Assembly (NCBI GenBank): GCA_030603365.1
Contig: JAUVXV010000016.1
Location: forward strand, 1-64,000
Source: Candidatus Heimdallarchaeota archaeon
Lineage (GTDB): Archaea; Asgardarchaeota; Heimdallarchaeia; Heimdallarchaeales; Heimdallarchaeaceae
Length of the DNA stretch: 64,000 nucleotides
Direction: 5' to 3'
Shown here: positions 21,888 through 31,773 of the stretch, piece by piece
Layout of the letters: each line of letters opens with the position of its first letter
How positions within the stretch are numbered: position 1 is the first letter of the stretch
Position numbers and translations under genes: made by a program
Notes under the pieces: model-generated
What the model saw: the letters and a program-made list of their open reading frames with translations, nothing else
Told to the model about the DNA's origin: nothing
Database searches by the model: none

Positions 21888-22247
21888 TCATAGATAATTT
21901 GATATTAAGAGAGCCTTTCTCTTTGATTCTATGGATAACAGACTTAGGTTGGCATTCTTACTACTAATGGTTGTTAAAAGTGTGATATTGTTAACAACAT
22001 AGAAGATTACACAAAATTCATTCAATTCATATGTAACTTTTTTGAGATTACCTGATTTCATTTCTAATGAAACCTTGTCAACATTTGCTTTGCACCACTG
22101 AATTGTTCTAAGCAATTTATGGGAATATTCTTCTTTAAATGAGGAATCAACTACATTTCCATCAATACGAAACAACATTGCTGCTTCTACTTCATCTAAA
22201 TGAGTTAAGTCGTGTAATTCTGATAATATTCCCTGTTTTGAATTCAT
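21888..22247 (-). CDS. Roadblock/LC7-like protein
   Basis: 119 aa; VEAAMLFRIDGNVVDS and ANLSLL fit the roadblock pattern. Confidence 0.75.
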   Translation of the reverse strand: MNSKQGILSELHDLTHLDEVEAAMLFRIDGNVVDSSFKEEYSHKLLRTIQWCKANVDKVSLEMKSGNLKKVTYELNEFCVIFYVVNNITLLTTISSKNANLSLLSIESKRKALLISNYL

Positions 22248-23176
22248 TTTTTAACCTCTTGTAATATCTGCTTATCAGTCAATACTTCTACTAGATCCAT
22301 ATTCTGTACTGTGTCTTTTCTTTCTCTTTCACCAAGGAGATTCTTTGCAATTTGAGCAATTATTCGCTTTTTTGGATCTTTGTCTTTTGAAAGCTCTTTT
22401 ACTTTCTTCATAAGTTCTTGATATCTAATATCATAAACTACAGGATCCATTGTGATTGCTTCTACAGAACTGGTATCTATGACAATACCAGGACCTTCAA
22501 CAAAATTCAGAGGATATATTCCTTCATGATGTGGTGTTTTACGAGATTTTATCACTTTACAAGTTCTATTATATTTTCCTCCTAACCCTAAGTTTTGAAT
22601 GTGAATTACACTATCTGATAAATATATAGGAACTCTAGTTTCTGTAGCTCCAATATCGGTTTGACCAAATGCATTTGATTCCTCTATAGTCTGTAAAACA
22701 GTTCCTAGAGAACTCAAATGTTGATAAATTTTTGTTAAAACCTTTCTCTGTTCTTTCTCAGATGGAAACTCCCAAAGAATGGGGGTTAGTGGATCTAAAA
22801 CTATCCTTGTATGTTTAATATTCCTATGCTTCAGCTTCTGTGCTAAAGCTGGAAGAATATTAGTCATGAATTCTACAATTTTTTCGCTTTCTACTAAGTG
22901 GATTAGATCTTCTGCATCATTAGTTAACCCTCTAATGTTTATACCCAATGATTCAGCTTCACCAATTAGTTTAGATGGTGTTTCTTCAAACGAAAGGTAT
23001 AATGTGTGATCTCCATTCAGTAGCCCTTGATATAGATATGCAAGAGCAAATGTGGTTTTTCCAGTTCCACTACTTCCTACTATTGAGTTAACTGAATTTT
23101 TAATAATTCCACCTTGTAAGAGTACATCAATCCCCTCTATCCCAGAGGAGATTCTTTCAGTGTTTATCATTGACAT
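22244..23176 (-). CDS. KaiC/RAD55-like ATPase with C-terminal extension
   Basis: RISSGIEGIDVLLQGG, GSSGTGKT, SFEE, VIKSRKTPH. Confidence 0.9.
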   Translation of the reverse strand: MSMINTERISSGIEGIDVLLQGGIIKNSVNSIVGSSGTGKTTFALAYLYQGLLNGDHTLYLSFEETPSKLIGEAESLGINIRGLTNDAEDLIHLVESEKIVEFMTNILPALAQKLKHRNIKHTRIVLDPLTPILWEFPSEKEQRKVLTKIYQHLSSLGTVLQTIEESNAFGQTDIGATETRVPIYLSDSVIHIQNLGLGGKYNRTCKVIKSRKTPHHEGIYPLNFVEGPGIVIDTSSVEAITMDPVVYDIRYQELMKKVKELSKDKDPKKRIIAQIAKNLLGERERKDTVQNMDLVEVLTDKQILQEVKK

Positions 23177-23288
23177 CTATATTTATATCCAAACAAGCTA
23201 AATAAACTCCACAATTTCCATTTTATATCTTAAGCTCCCTAAAACTTGAATTCTGCATGGATTCTCGACTGCCAAAATAAACACAAAG

Positions 23289-24089
23289 ATGAACTTTATA
23301 AAAGAAATATATCTACTTCTTTCGAGTACTATGAGTTCATTCTTTCAGAAAATTAAAGATATGTTTGTCTCTGAGGAAAAGAAATTCAATTCTATAATAC
23401 TAATTGAGTTAGAATCATCAAATTTTATCAATATCAGGAAACTTGAGTCAAAGCTCAATTTAGAGAAACGCTATATTAGTATAAGAAAATTAATTACTTT
23501 AGGTAGTATAGAAGGAGTCTTTATTCCTGAAAAATCATTCTTCTTCTCCATCTCAGATGATAATCTAAGTGAAATTCGAAACACTTTGAAGAAGCAAGGG
23601 CATATACGCCTATCATTATTCAAAGATCAATGGAGTATTAATGAAAAAACCCTAATTCCTTTTCTACAACATTTAGATAAGGGTTTGATAGGTGGAAATG
23701 AATTTTATTCACTTAGTTTTATTCGAAATTCTCTAACATCACTTCTTAAAAATGTAGAAGAATATGAGATCCAAGATATTCAAGGGAAGTATAATATAGA
23801 AATAGAAGAAATCACACAGATAATTGAAGAATTAATAAGTGAGAAAGAAATTAAAGGTGTGATAAAGGATAAAACTTTATTCATCGGTTTTGAACAATTT
23901 GCAATGATAATTTCTGAGTTTATTGAAGAGAGTCTAGAAGATTCTTTGGAAATGACTTTTGATGCTATATCAAAGAAACTACAAGTTCCAGAAGAAGACA
24001 TTGAGAAGTTTTTAGTTAATTATGTTGACTCTAATCCAAATAAATTGGTCATTTATCCTTTGGAGAAAAAAATCAGATTTAAAGGCTGA
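23289..24089 (+). CDS. Hypothetical protein with probable winged-helix repeats
   Basis: Intact 266-aa ORF; repeated helix..IKGVI-type segments. Confidence 0.55.
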   Translation: MNFIKEIYLLLSSTMSSFFQKIKDMFVSEEKKFNSIILIELESSNFINIRKLESKLNLEKRYISIRKLITLGSIEGVFIPEKSFFFSISDDNLSEIRNTLKKQGHIRLSLFKDQWSINEKTLIPFLQHLDKGLIGGNEFYSLSFIRNSLTSLLKNVEEYEIQDIQGKYNIEIEEITQIIEELISEKEIKGVIKDKTLFIGFEQFAMIISEFIEESLEDSLEMTFDAISKKLQVPEEDIEKFLVNYVDSNPNKLVIYPLEKKIRFKG

Positions 24090-24317
24090 TTTAGACAATT
24101 AAAGAGGAATAAAGAACTCACAAAACAGAATAAATTTCTTTCTCTTTTTCATTTAGATGCTGTTTGATGAGAATTATTAGGAAATTTGGAGCTATTTTTA
24201 GAAAATATTTAATTTTTTTATGTAAAATTTTTTCTTTTCATATCAAGCAAAGTATAACTTACTATTCTGTGTCGAAATCTTTAAAATAGTATATTATATC
24301 TCGGGTTTTAGATAAAA

Positions 24318-24752
24318 ATGGCCAGAAAGATACCATGGTTATTCCCAGGAATTAGAAGACCTAATTTTAGTTTACATCAAGTGTCTATACGTATGCCTAC
24401 CCGTATTCCTAGAAGTGTTCTGTATGTTTTAATTTATGGAATCATATTCTATATTTTTGCAGGTGGTGCATATATGTTAGTTAACAAAGATAATCTAATT
24501 AGCATTGGCCAATATGGAAATACACCCCAATTTATAGCTGCTTCATTACATTTACAATATCTGATAGAAGGTTTAGTAGCTGGTTTTATCTTCTCATTCG
24601 CTGCACTAAGTCTGTATTTATTTGATTACGCTACCCGTTATGCTTTTGATGTAAGTACAGCTCAAAAAGTTGAGCTAATAGCAACTGTACTGATCGTTGT
24701 TTGGTATGTGGTAATCCTACTAATATTCAGAGCGAAAACAGCAGGGGCTTAA
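24318..24752 (+). CDS. OST3/OST6-family (DC2/OSTC-like) oligosaccharyltransferase subunit
   Basis: 144 aa, three TM segments, FAGG and QYLIEG motifs. Confidence 0.75.
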   Translation: MARKIPWLFPGIRRPNFSLHQVSIRMPTRIPRSVLYVLIYGIIFYIFAGGAYMLVNKDNLISIGQYGNTPQFIAASLHLQYLIEGLVAGFIFSFAALSLYLFDYATRYAFDVSTAQKVELIATVLIVVWYVVILLIFRAKTAGA

Positions 24753-25387
24753 TTCTTATTTTTTATTATTTCTATCCCTTTTGTTGTTATAGTGTAGTAT
24801 TCTTCTTCATTTTCATGGGTTGCTTTCCAAAGTCTTCTATTTATGTGGATTAAAGCAATTTCTATATCTTTATATTTTTTTATTGCAGAACCAGCTACTG
24901 GTCGAAATGTTTGTTTATTTTCTTCTTTAAATGCTGTTACTTGATTTGTAATTAAAATAGGTATATCGTACTCTCTACTAATCATTCTTAGAAAAGCTAA
25001 TTGTAGATTTAATGCTTTAGGCAATTCTCTATCCTCCTTATCTGTCCTTCCCAATCTAAAATGATCAGTTATTCCATTTATTGCAATGAATTTATAATTT
25101 GCTTGTGAAAGAAAGTTATGGATTTTCATCACTGTTTTTATTTGCTGTTTTTTATTTAGAAGACTGATTATGGTAATATAATCTAGTTTCACTCCAGATT
25201 CTATTAAAATTTCTCTTAATCTTTGTGCACTAAAATTTACCTCACAATCAAGTATTAAAGCCCTATCTTCTTTCTTTAATCCTTTACAAGCATGATATAG
25301 CATTGTAGTTTTTCCTGAATTAGGGGGGCCTGCTATATGAGTAATACCCGATGGTAAAATAGATTTTTCAAGCAAATCTAATAGCAT
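24749..25387 (-). CDS. radB: RadB-like RecA-family protein
   Basis: GPPNSGKT, DCEVNFSAQRL, ITNQV, PVAG. Confidence 0.7.
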   Translation of the reverse strand: MLLDLLEKSILPSGITHIAGPPNSGKTTMLYHACKGLKKEDRALILDCEVNFSAQRLREILIESGVKLDYITIISLLNKKQQIKTVMKIHNFLSQANYKFIAINGITDHFRLGRTDKEDRELPKALNLQLAFLRMISREYDIPILITNQVTAFKEENKQTFRPVAGSAIKKYKDIEIALIHINRRLWKATHENEEEYYTITTKGIEIIKNKN

Positions 25388-25498
25388 TGCAACATCACTT
25401 ATGTTTCAGATGTTTTAATATTAAATTTATGCTATTTTAAACCTTTTACCAGAAATAATCTAATTGTTAATTGTTTCTGGAATACACTACTAATATTT

Positions 25499-25723
25499 TC
25501 AAACTAAAACCAAGTAGATTAACAGTGATAAGGAAACCATGCCTAATCCTTTCATTATTTTACTCACATAAAAAGTAATATTTCTATTAATAGCTGCTTT
25601 ACATGATTTTTCAGTTGTATACATCAATCCAATAATAATCCCGATTTTAGATATATATAGAATAACTAGATACATTATATCTAAGAAGAATTGAAGTGTA
25701 CTTCCGCCTATATCCAATGCCAT
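25499..25723 (-). CDS. Small membrane protein
   Basis: 74 aa with two hydrophobic segments. Confidence 0.45.
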   Translation of the reverse strand: MALDIGGSTLQFFLDIMYLVILYISKIGIIIGLMYTTEKSCKAAINRNITFYVSKIMKGLGMVSLSLLIYLVLV

Positions 25724-25802
25724 TTATCTCAATATAATTATTCTATTAGAAGTTAAATACCCCACAAAAACACGTTTATGAACACTGAAATTTTAGTTAT
25801 AA

Positions 25803-26609
25803 CTAATTTCTATACATTTTACATATCTTTGGCATTATGCTTTTATGTTTATTTTTCTTTATGAGACTCTTTATTCTACTAATTTGCTTTGTATCTAATT
25901 TTAGCTCATTTGCTAATTTTTCTTCGTTGACTAGATTCTCTAATCCAAGCAGAAATTTATCCAGTTTTTCATAAGAAACCCCTATTTCATTTTCGTCTGT
26001 TTGGTTTGCCCAAAGACCAGCTGTTGGCGGTTTTTCTATTATTTTTTTATCTATTCCTAGCTTCTCAGATATTCTATAAAGTTCAGTTTTGTATAAGTCA
26101 CCAATTGGCCACATATCTGCAGCTAAATCTCCAAACTTTGTTCCATATCCAATAGCAAGCTCGGATTTATTTGATGTACCAATAACTAATTTGTTTTCCA
26201 GATTAGCTATAGAGTAGAGAAAAACAGCTCTTATTCGTGCTTTTAAATTTCCCTTAGCCATTCTATTTTTATTTATATTTGGTAGAATTTCAGATATCTC
26301 ATTTAGTGGATTTGATATTTCAAAAATTTTCAATTCTATACCAAGTTGTTGAGCTATTAGTTTAGCATCCTCAGTGTGACTTTGATCCAATTCTTCTTCT
26401 GGTAAATGGATCAATGTTACATTTTCTTTACTAATAGCCAAAGCTGTTAAATAAGCCACTGCTGCAGAATCAACCCCCCCACTAAGTCCTATTACGGCAC
26501 CTTGGACTGATGCTTCTTCTATTTCTTGATTAATGAATCCAACAATTTCATTAATTGCTTTTTCTTCATTTTTAAGAAAGCTATCCATTTTAAGTCGAAT
26601 CCTTTTCAA
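25803..26609 (-). CDS. nadE: NH3-dependent NAD+ synthetase
   Basis: GLSGGVDS, GNLKARIR, GTSNKSE, GYGTKFGD, PPTAGLW; start may be 26588. Confidence 0.95.
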   Translation of the reverse strand: MKRIRLKMDSFLKNEEKAINEIVGFINQEIEEASVQGAVIGLSGGVDSAAVAYLTALAISKENVTLIHLPEEELDQSHTEDAKLIAQQLGIELKIFEISNPLNEISEILPNINKNRMAKGNLKARIRAVFLYSIANLENKLVIGTSNKSELAIGYGTKFGDLAADMWPIGDLYKTELYRISEKLGIDKKIIEKPPTAGLWANQTDENEIGVSYEKLDKFLLGLENLVNEEKLANELKLDTKQISRIKSLIKKNKHKSIMPKICKMYRN

Positions 26610-26665
26610 AAACAGTGCTTAATAATCTTATTCTATGAGTAGAATTGTCCAGAAACAGAGAATTA

Positions 26666-26741
26666 TGGAGCCCCGAAGGGGGTTTGAACCCCTGACCTTT
26701 ACCTTACCAAGGTAACGCTCTACCAGCTGAGCTATCGAGGC
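26666..26741 (-). tRNA. tRNA-Thr(GGT)
   Basis: Cloverleaf; anticodon arm TTACC-TTGGTAA-GGTAA; encoded CCA. Confidence 0.95.
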
Positions 26742-26897
26742 AAATCAAATGAATTTTCCTCATATATTTTTTAAAGATTATGATATTAAGAAGTTATTCT
26801 ATTATCCTTAACATTATATTTTGACACTTTTCTTCTTTTTCACTAAGAACTAAACCTTCAACCCTTTTTCTATTGAGTATATTAGAAAACACCCTTT

Positions 26898-28085
26898 ATG
26901 GAAAAATCCACAAAGGGCGAAAAGTCTAAATATACTTTCTTCAAATTCCTAACAAATTACTTGATTTGGGATAATATGAAAAAGCGTTCATTAGTATTTA
27001 TCATAATTTGCTTACTCTCTTTAGCAAATATACTGCCTATTTATTCAGCTACTGAACAAACAAATAGTGAAAAACAAATAATAGAATATGTTATTCTTTA
27101 TGATGAGTCTCATGGTCAACTCTTCAACCGAACTCTTATGGAAACTGCTTTAGACTCTCTTTCCAACGTTACAGTTCAAGATTCTGAAGTGGAAATTAAG
27201 ATAACTGTATTGTTCCAAAAGAATGGGACAACATTTAATTCAACTAATTTGCAAGGTGTTGACCTTCTGATAATCAGTAACCCAGGAATAGCTGAAGAAG
27301 ATGTCATTTCCTCCTCTGAAAGAGATGCCATTCTGGATTTTGTTGAACTAGGCGGATCTTTATTCCTGCTTTGTAATCCATTAACTCATAATGAGAACAT
27401 AACGGGTCATACTTCTACATTAAATAATCTCCTTTCTACAAGAAGCAACAGATTAACCTCTGCTAGGTTCTTATCAAGCCCAGATCAAATCCATTCTCAA
27501 GTGATTATTGATGACTTTAATAGTACTTATGGAAATGATTCTTATATAACAATAAATGAATATAATGTTACTAAAAACATACTAAGTCGTCAAATTGATT
27601 ATTTCTGGCAAGAAATGGAAATCGATAATGTGACGATTTATTCTACTCCTATCACTTTAGGGAATGAAAGACCAGATGACGATGATGATAATGTTGAACT
27701 GGCTAAAACACCATTTACCTCATATTCAGTTGATACTGATTATAATATTTTCAGAGATCCTGGAAACGGTTTTCTTACTTGGCTATTAAGCAAAGATTTA
27801 GGAAACTCTAGAATGGTAATGTCAGGTTCTACAATTATGTTTAGTGATTATAAGATATATGACAATTCAACTTGGATTGAACAGAATCAAAATCTAGATT
27901 TATGGAGTAATCTAGTACTTTGGCTTCTGGGATATACGCCTCATCCTGCTAGAGATCCTCCAGCAATTTGGGTTTTTGAGAATTATGCAATAGTTGTTGC
28001 TGTTATCTCTCTAGTTATTTTTGGAGCTTCTGTGCTTATCTATAAATATCGTAATAAAAGAAAATCTTCAATTAAGATACAGTGA
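26898..28085 (+). CDS. Secreted, C-terminally anchored protein with a GIFT/DUF4350-like domain
   Basis: Signal peptide from MKKRS; YDESHGQ; DLLIISNP; FVELGGSLF; C-terminal TM plus basic tail. Confidence 0.7.
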   Translation: MEKSTKGEKSKYTFFKFLTNYLIWDNMKKRSLVFIIICLLSLANILPIYSATEQTNSEKQIIEYVILYDESHGQLFNRTLMETALDSLSNVTVQDSEVEIKITVLFQKNGTTFNSTNLQGVDLLIISNPGIAEEDVISSSERDAILDFVELGGSLFLLCNPLTHNENITGHTSTLNNLLSTRSNRLTSARFLSSPDQIHSQVIIDDFNSTYGNDSYITINEYNVTKNILSRQIDYFWQEMEIDNVTIYSTPITLGNERPDDDDDNVELAKTPFTSYSVDTDYNIFRDPGNGFLTWLLSKDLGNSRMVMSGSTIMFSDYKIYDNSTWIEQNQNLDLWSNLVLWLLGYTPHPARDPPAIWVFENYAIVVAVISLVIFGASVLIYKYRNKRKSSIKIQ

Positions 28086-28171
28086 GATTAGATGTCACCA
28101 ATCTCACAGTAGTTTTATTTTATACTTCTTAAAAAGTGGTGTATAAATATTGAAATTCTGTTATTTTACTG

Positions 28172-29446
28172 ATGGATGTTCAAGAATCTATAGATACTAG
28201 TTCTATTATTTCACAACTAATTAATTCGTTATCAAGTGGTGAAATTGATCCAAGTGATTTCAGAGTTAAAACAAATCAATGTTCTCAAACTATGACTAAA
28301 AATCTTTTTAGAGATAGTTTACCTAAATTTAGTTCAAATTTACGTTCAAAAGCTACTGATATATTCATCCGATGTTTTTTTAAAGATGATTCATACCAAA
28401 ACAATGAACTATGGAAATTCGTAGATTACAAAGATTTTTGGATACAATTGCGGAATTTCCATGATTTTGTTTATTTTAGAAACATGACTTTTAATGATGT
28501 GATTAAGTTTTTTGAAGAAAATCTTGCTTGCTCGAATAGTCAATTAAATCTTAGTTATCTTGAGCAAAAAATAATAAAACAACTCGATCAGTCTCCTCAC
28601 ATGCTAAATAAGGATTTAGCACAACAGTTCAATGTATCTGAAAAGAAAATAAGCAATATGGTGAATAATTTAAAATCTAAAGGCATTTACGTAGGTTGTT
28701 TGGTAGATTATCCAGCTTTGGATTCTTGTGAGTTTTTTACCTTTGGAAGTACACCGATTAATAATGAAAAAGCTGTTTTGTTACAGAAATATGAACTTTT
28801 CCCCAATTTTACAATGGGTTATGGTGTCTCTTCAGAGAAACTTAACAATTCCTCCTCATATAATGTAATAAACAAAAAAATATCCTGCAATACCAGAATT
28901 TTAACCATGGGTATCTCACTAAAAGATTGGAGTAAACATCCAATTAAGAGAAAAAAAAAGATTTCAACAAATCAGAAAAAAGAGGAATTGACGTTTTATA
29001 TTACTCCCATGAGCAAAGATTATATTCTACAATTAGTTAGAAACTGTGAAAAAGATTTCAGACGACCCAACATTAAAGAAATAGCAGATATCAACAATGT
29101 TTCAATAAGAACACTATTCCGAATAAAATCGAAATTAAAGGATATGGGAATAATTGAACCAAGGATTATAGTGGAAAATGAAGAACTAATGACCATATTA
29201 ATGGTATCAGATAAGGAACTTATGGACTTACATGATAAGGTACCTTTCATAAAATCGTATGAAATACAAGATAATAAAAATAACATTAAATGGATGTCAT
29301 TTCTTTCAATTTTTCCTAGTGATTTCAATTTTATATACAAAAATATCAATAAATCAGTAGACGTCTTTCAAGTAATTGAAAAAAGAGTTCTTAATCAAAT
29401 TAAAAATAATGAAAGGTTGTTATTACATTTAGAACAAAAAACTTAA
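28172..29446 (+). CDS. Putative transcriptional regulator with two winged-HTH domains
   Basis: NKDLAQQFNVSEKKISNMVNNLKSKG and IKEIADINNVSIRTLFRIKSKLKDMG. Confidence 0.7.
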   Translation: MDVQESIDTSSIISQLINSLSSGEIDPSDFRVKTNQCSQTMTKNLFRDSLPKFSSNLRSKATDIFIRCFFKDDSYQNNELWKFVDYKDFWIQLRNFHDFVYFRNMTFNDVIKFFEENLACSNSQLNLSYLEQKIIKQLDQSPHMLNKDLAQQFNVSEKKISNMVNNLKSKGIYVGCLVDYPALDSCEFFTFGSTPINNEKAVLLQKYELFPNFTMGYGVSSEKLNNSSSYNVINKKISCNTRILTMGISLKDWSKHPIKRKKKISTNQKKEELTFYITPMSKDYILQLVRNCEKDFRRPNIKEIADINNVSIRTLFRIKSKLKDMGIIEPRIIVENEELMTILMVSDKELMDLHDKVPFIKSYEIQDNKNNIKWMSFLSIFPSDFNFIYKNINKSVDVFQVIEKRVLNQIKNNERLLLHLEQKT

Positions 29447-29472
29447 ACAAAGTAAAAAAGGATGTTTATTGT

Positions 29473-31593
29473 ATGTCAAGTCAGCGCTCACTAAAAGAAA
29501 TAATTGAAATAATCTCTAATGAAACAAATTTAGGAAAAGAAGAGATTCATCAACTTATAAACGATAAAATGGAAGAACTTGGAGAATTTGTAACTGAATT
29601 GGGCGCGGCTCACATTGTTGCAAGGGAGAAAAATGTAGATCTTTCTTCTGAACCACCTATACAAGTACAATCACAATTAACTGTTGACCAATTGGTTCCT
29701 GCTATAACCAGTGTTAATATCATAGGACGTATTCTAAGGATTTATGATCAACATTCTTTCAAAAAGAAGGATGGAACCGATGGGGTACTACAGTCAATTT
29801 TAATCGAGGATAAAACCGGAAAAGTGAGAGTTGTTTTTTGGGATCAAATTGTATCTGAATTACAAAATAAGAATGTCAAAGTAGGTGACCCAATCCGTAT
29901 CTTGAATGGTTATACAAAACTAGGACGAGATGAATCAGTTGAAGTACATTTGGGAATTCGTAGTCAAGTTCAAATTCGTCCTTCCGGTATTGATGACACG
30001 GAACTTCCTGCTACACAGTCTATATTTGTGAAAATAAAAGACATCAAAGGAAATGAGATTGACTTATCTTTAGTCGCTAAAATAACTCAAATCGACGATT
30101 TACTAGAATTTGAACGATCTGATGGAACTAAAGGGAAAAAGAAAGGATTGCTTGTTGGTGATGAAACAGGTGAAATCTACATAAATTTCTGGAATGAAAA
30201 AGTAGATATTGTTGATGATTTAGCCTTAGGTGAGGTTCTAGAAATAGTTGGACTGGCTGCAAAAGAAGGATTAAAGGGATTTACAGAGTTACATTCAAGT
30301 AGATACACAAATGTATCTAAGAGGGATAAAACAAAGGATATCATTGTAAAGAAGGGTTTCATCGGTTCCGGAACAGCTGCTGAGGCACAGCTAAAACCAA
30401 TTGATCAAATTACTAGTGTTGGTAGTCTTGTTTCTACTAAAGGATTGATTGTTAATATAGTTCCTGTACATGAATTTACTAGAGAAGATGGCTCTAAAGG
30501 AATGGTTAGAAACGTTTCAATTTCTGATAAATCAGGTATAGTTATTGTGGTTTTATGGGATGATAAAACCCAACTAGTCAATGAAGAAGACATTAACAAA
30601 GTGTTGCTTATATCAAACGGTTATACAAGAAAAGGTAGAAATTCTAATATTGAAGTTCATTGTGGAAATCAAACCCAACTCGATATTAAAAGCCCTGATT
30701 CAGATGATACCATACAGCACCTTTTTGATTTTATAGATATTAAAGATATAAAAGATGATTTAGAGGTGGCTCATGTTAAGGGAGTAGTTATTGATTTACC
30801 TGCTGTTCAGGATATTGTGACAAAAGATAATGAAACCGTTCAATTAAGAAATCTTAGAATTGAAGACCAGACAGCTTCTATTCGAATTACTTGTTGGAGA
30901 GAAAATGTATCAAAATTATCTGGTTTAACTGAGGGAGATCATATTGAATTGTTGAATGCTAAGGTCAAAGAAGACACTGGATATGGTTCAGAACTTCTTA
31001 TAACAAGAAATACTATTGTCAAAAAATCACTTTCTAGTTCATCAAATCCTCAAGGATTTGTTTCTAGTTTAACAGTGTCTCCAAAGGAATCTAATTTTGA
31101 GAAACTCAAAGATATTGAAGATATAGAAGAAGGTGATAATATTACTATCCAAGCTACTGTGATTAAACTTATAGAAAAACAATTTGTATATCCTCTCTGT
31201 CCAGAGTGTAAGAAAAAGATGAAAAAGGAGAATTCTGATTATATCTGCTCAGAACATGGAGAAGTATCTGAACCTCTCAACCGAATCCTATTTACATTCA
31301 TTGCAAATGATGGAACTGGGAATATCAATGTTCTTTGTGCTGGAAAACTCGCGGAAATCGTTTTAGGTATGTCTGCTAATGATGCTGCGAGAATGGTCGA
31401 AGAAAATGAATCTGAAAAAGCTCCCTACTCTTATCTTAAAGCAAAGAATTTCGTCAATTCAGAACTTATTATAAGTGGTAAAGTTAATAAGAACCCCTAT
31501 CTAAAGAGTTTGGAAATAATTGCTAACTCTATTGAAAGAGTAAAATACAATGAAGCAACGAGAACAATGATTAAACAGATTCATACAGATTAA
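29473..31593 (+). CDS. rpa: Replication protein A (multiple OB folds plus Zn finger)
   Basis: Repeated DxTG..W OB motifs; CPEC...CSEHG. Confidence 0.9.
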   Translation: MSSQRSLKEIIEIISNETNLGKEEIHQLINDKMEELGEFVTELGAAHIVAREKNVDLSSEPPIQVQSQLTVDQLVPAITSVNIIGRILRIYDQHSFKKKDGTDGVLQSILIEDKTGKVRVVFWDQIVSELQNKNVKVGDPIRILNGYTKLGRDESVEVHLGIRSQVQIRPSGIDDTELPATQSIFVKIKDIKGNEIDLSLVAKITQIDDLLEFERSDGTKGKKKGLLVGDETGEIYINFWNEKVDIVDDLALGEVLEIVGLAAKEGLKGFTELHSSRYTNVSKRDKTKDIIVKKGFIGSGTAAEAQLKPIDQITSVGSLVSTKGLIVNIVPVHEFTREDGSKGMVRNVSISDKSGIVIVVLWDDKTQLVNEEDINKVLLISNGYTRKGRNSNIEVHCGNQTQLDIKSPDSDDTIQHLFDFIDIKDIKDDLEVAHVKGVVIDLPAVQDIVTKDNETVQLRNLRIEDQTASIRITCWRENVSKLSGLTEGDHIELLNAKVKEDTGYGSELLITRNTIVKKSLSSSSNPQGFVSSLTVSPKESNFEKLKDIEDIEEGDNITIQATVIKLIEKQFVYPLCPECKKKMKKENSDYICSEHGEVSEPLNRILFTFIANDGTGNINVLCAGKLAEIVLGMSANDAARMVEENESEKAPYSYLKAKNFVNSELIISGKVNKNPYLKSLEIIANSIERVKYNEATRTMIKQIHTD

Positions 31594-31660
31594 AATCAAG
31601 TGTTTTTGCAATGGGTCGAAAAGCTTATTAATAAACATGAAACAGCTTCAAACGAGCAAC

Positions 31661-31771
31661 ATGGATTTCCTTGTAATAAAAACAATCACTATTATTATTG
31701 TAATATTAGCAGTAGTTTTTGCACTCTTTTACCATGCATTTAGTATAGGGAAAGAAGAAGAAACTGCATGA
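31661..31771 (+). CDS. 36-aa single-TM microprotein, Ost4-like (not in ORF track)
   Basis: MDFLVIKTITIIIVILAVVFALFYHAFSIGKEEETA*; TM segment followed by YHA. Confidence 0.6.
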   Translation: MDFLVIKTITIIIVILAVVFALFYHAFSIGKEEETA

Positions 31772-31773
31772 TT

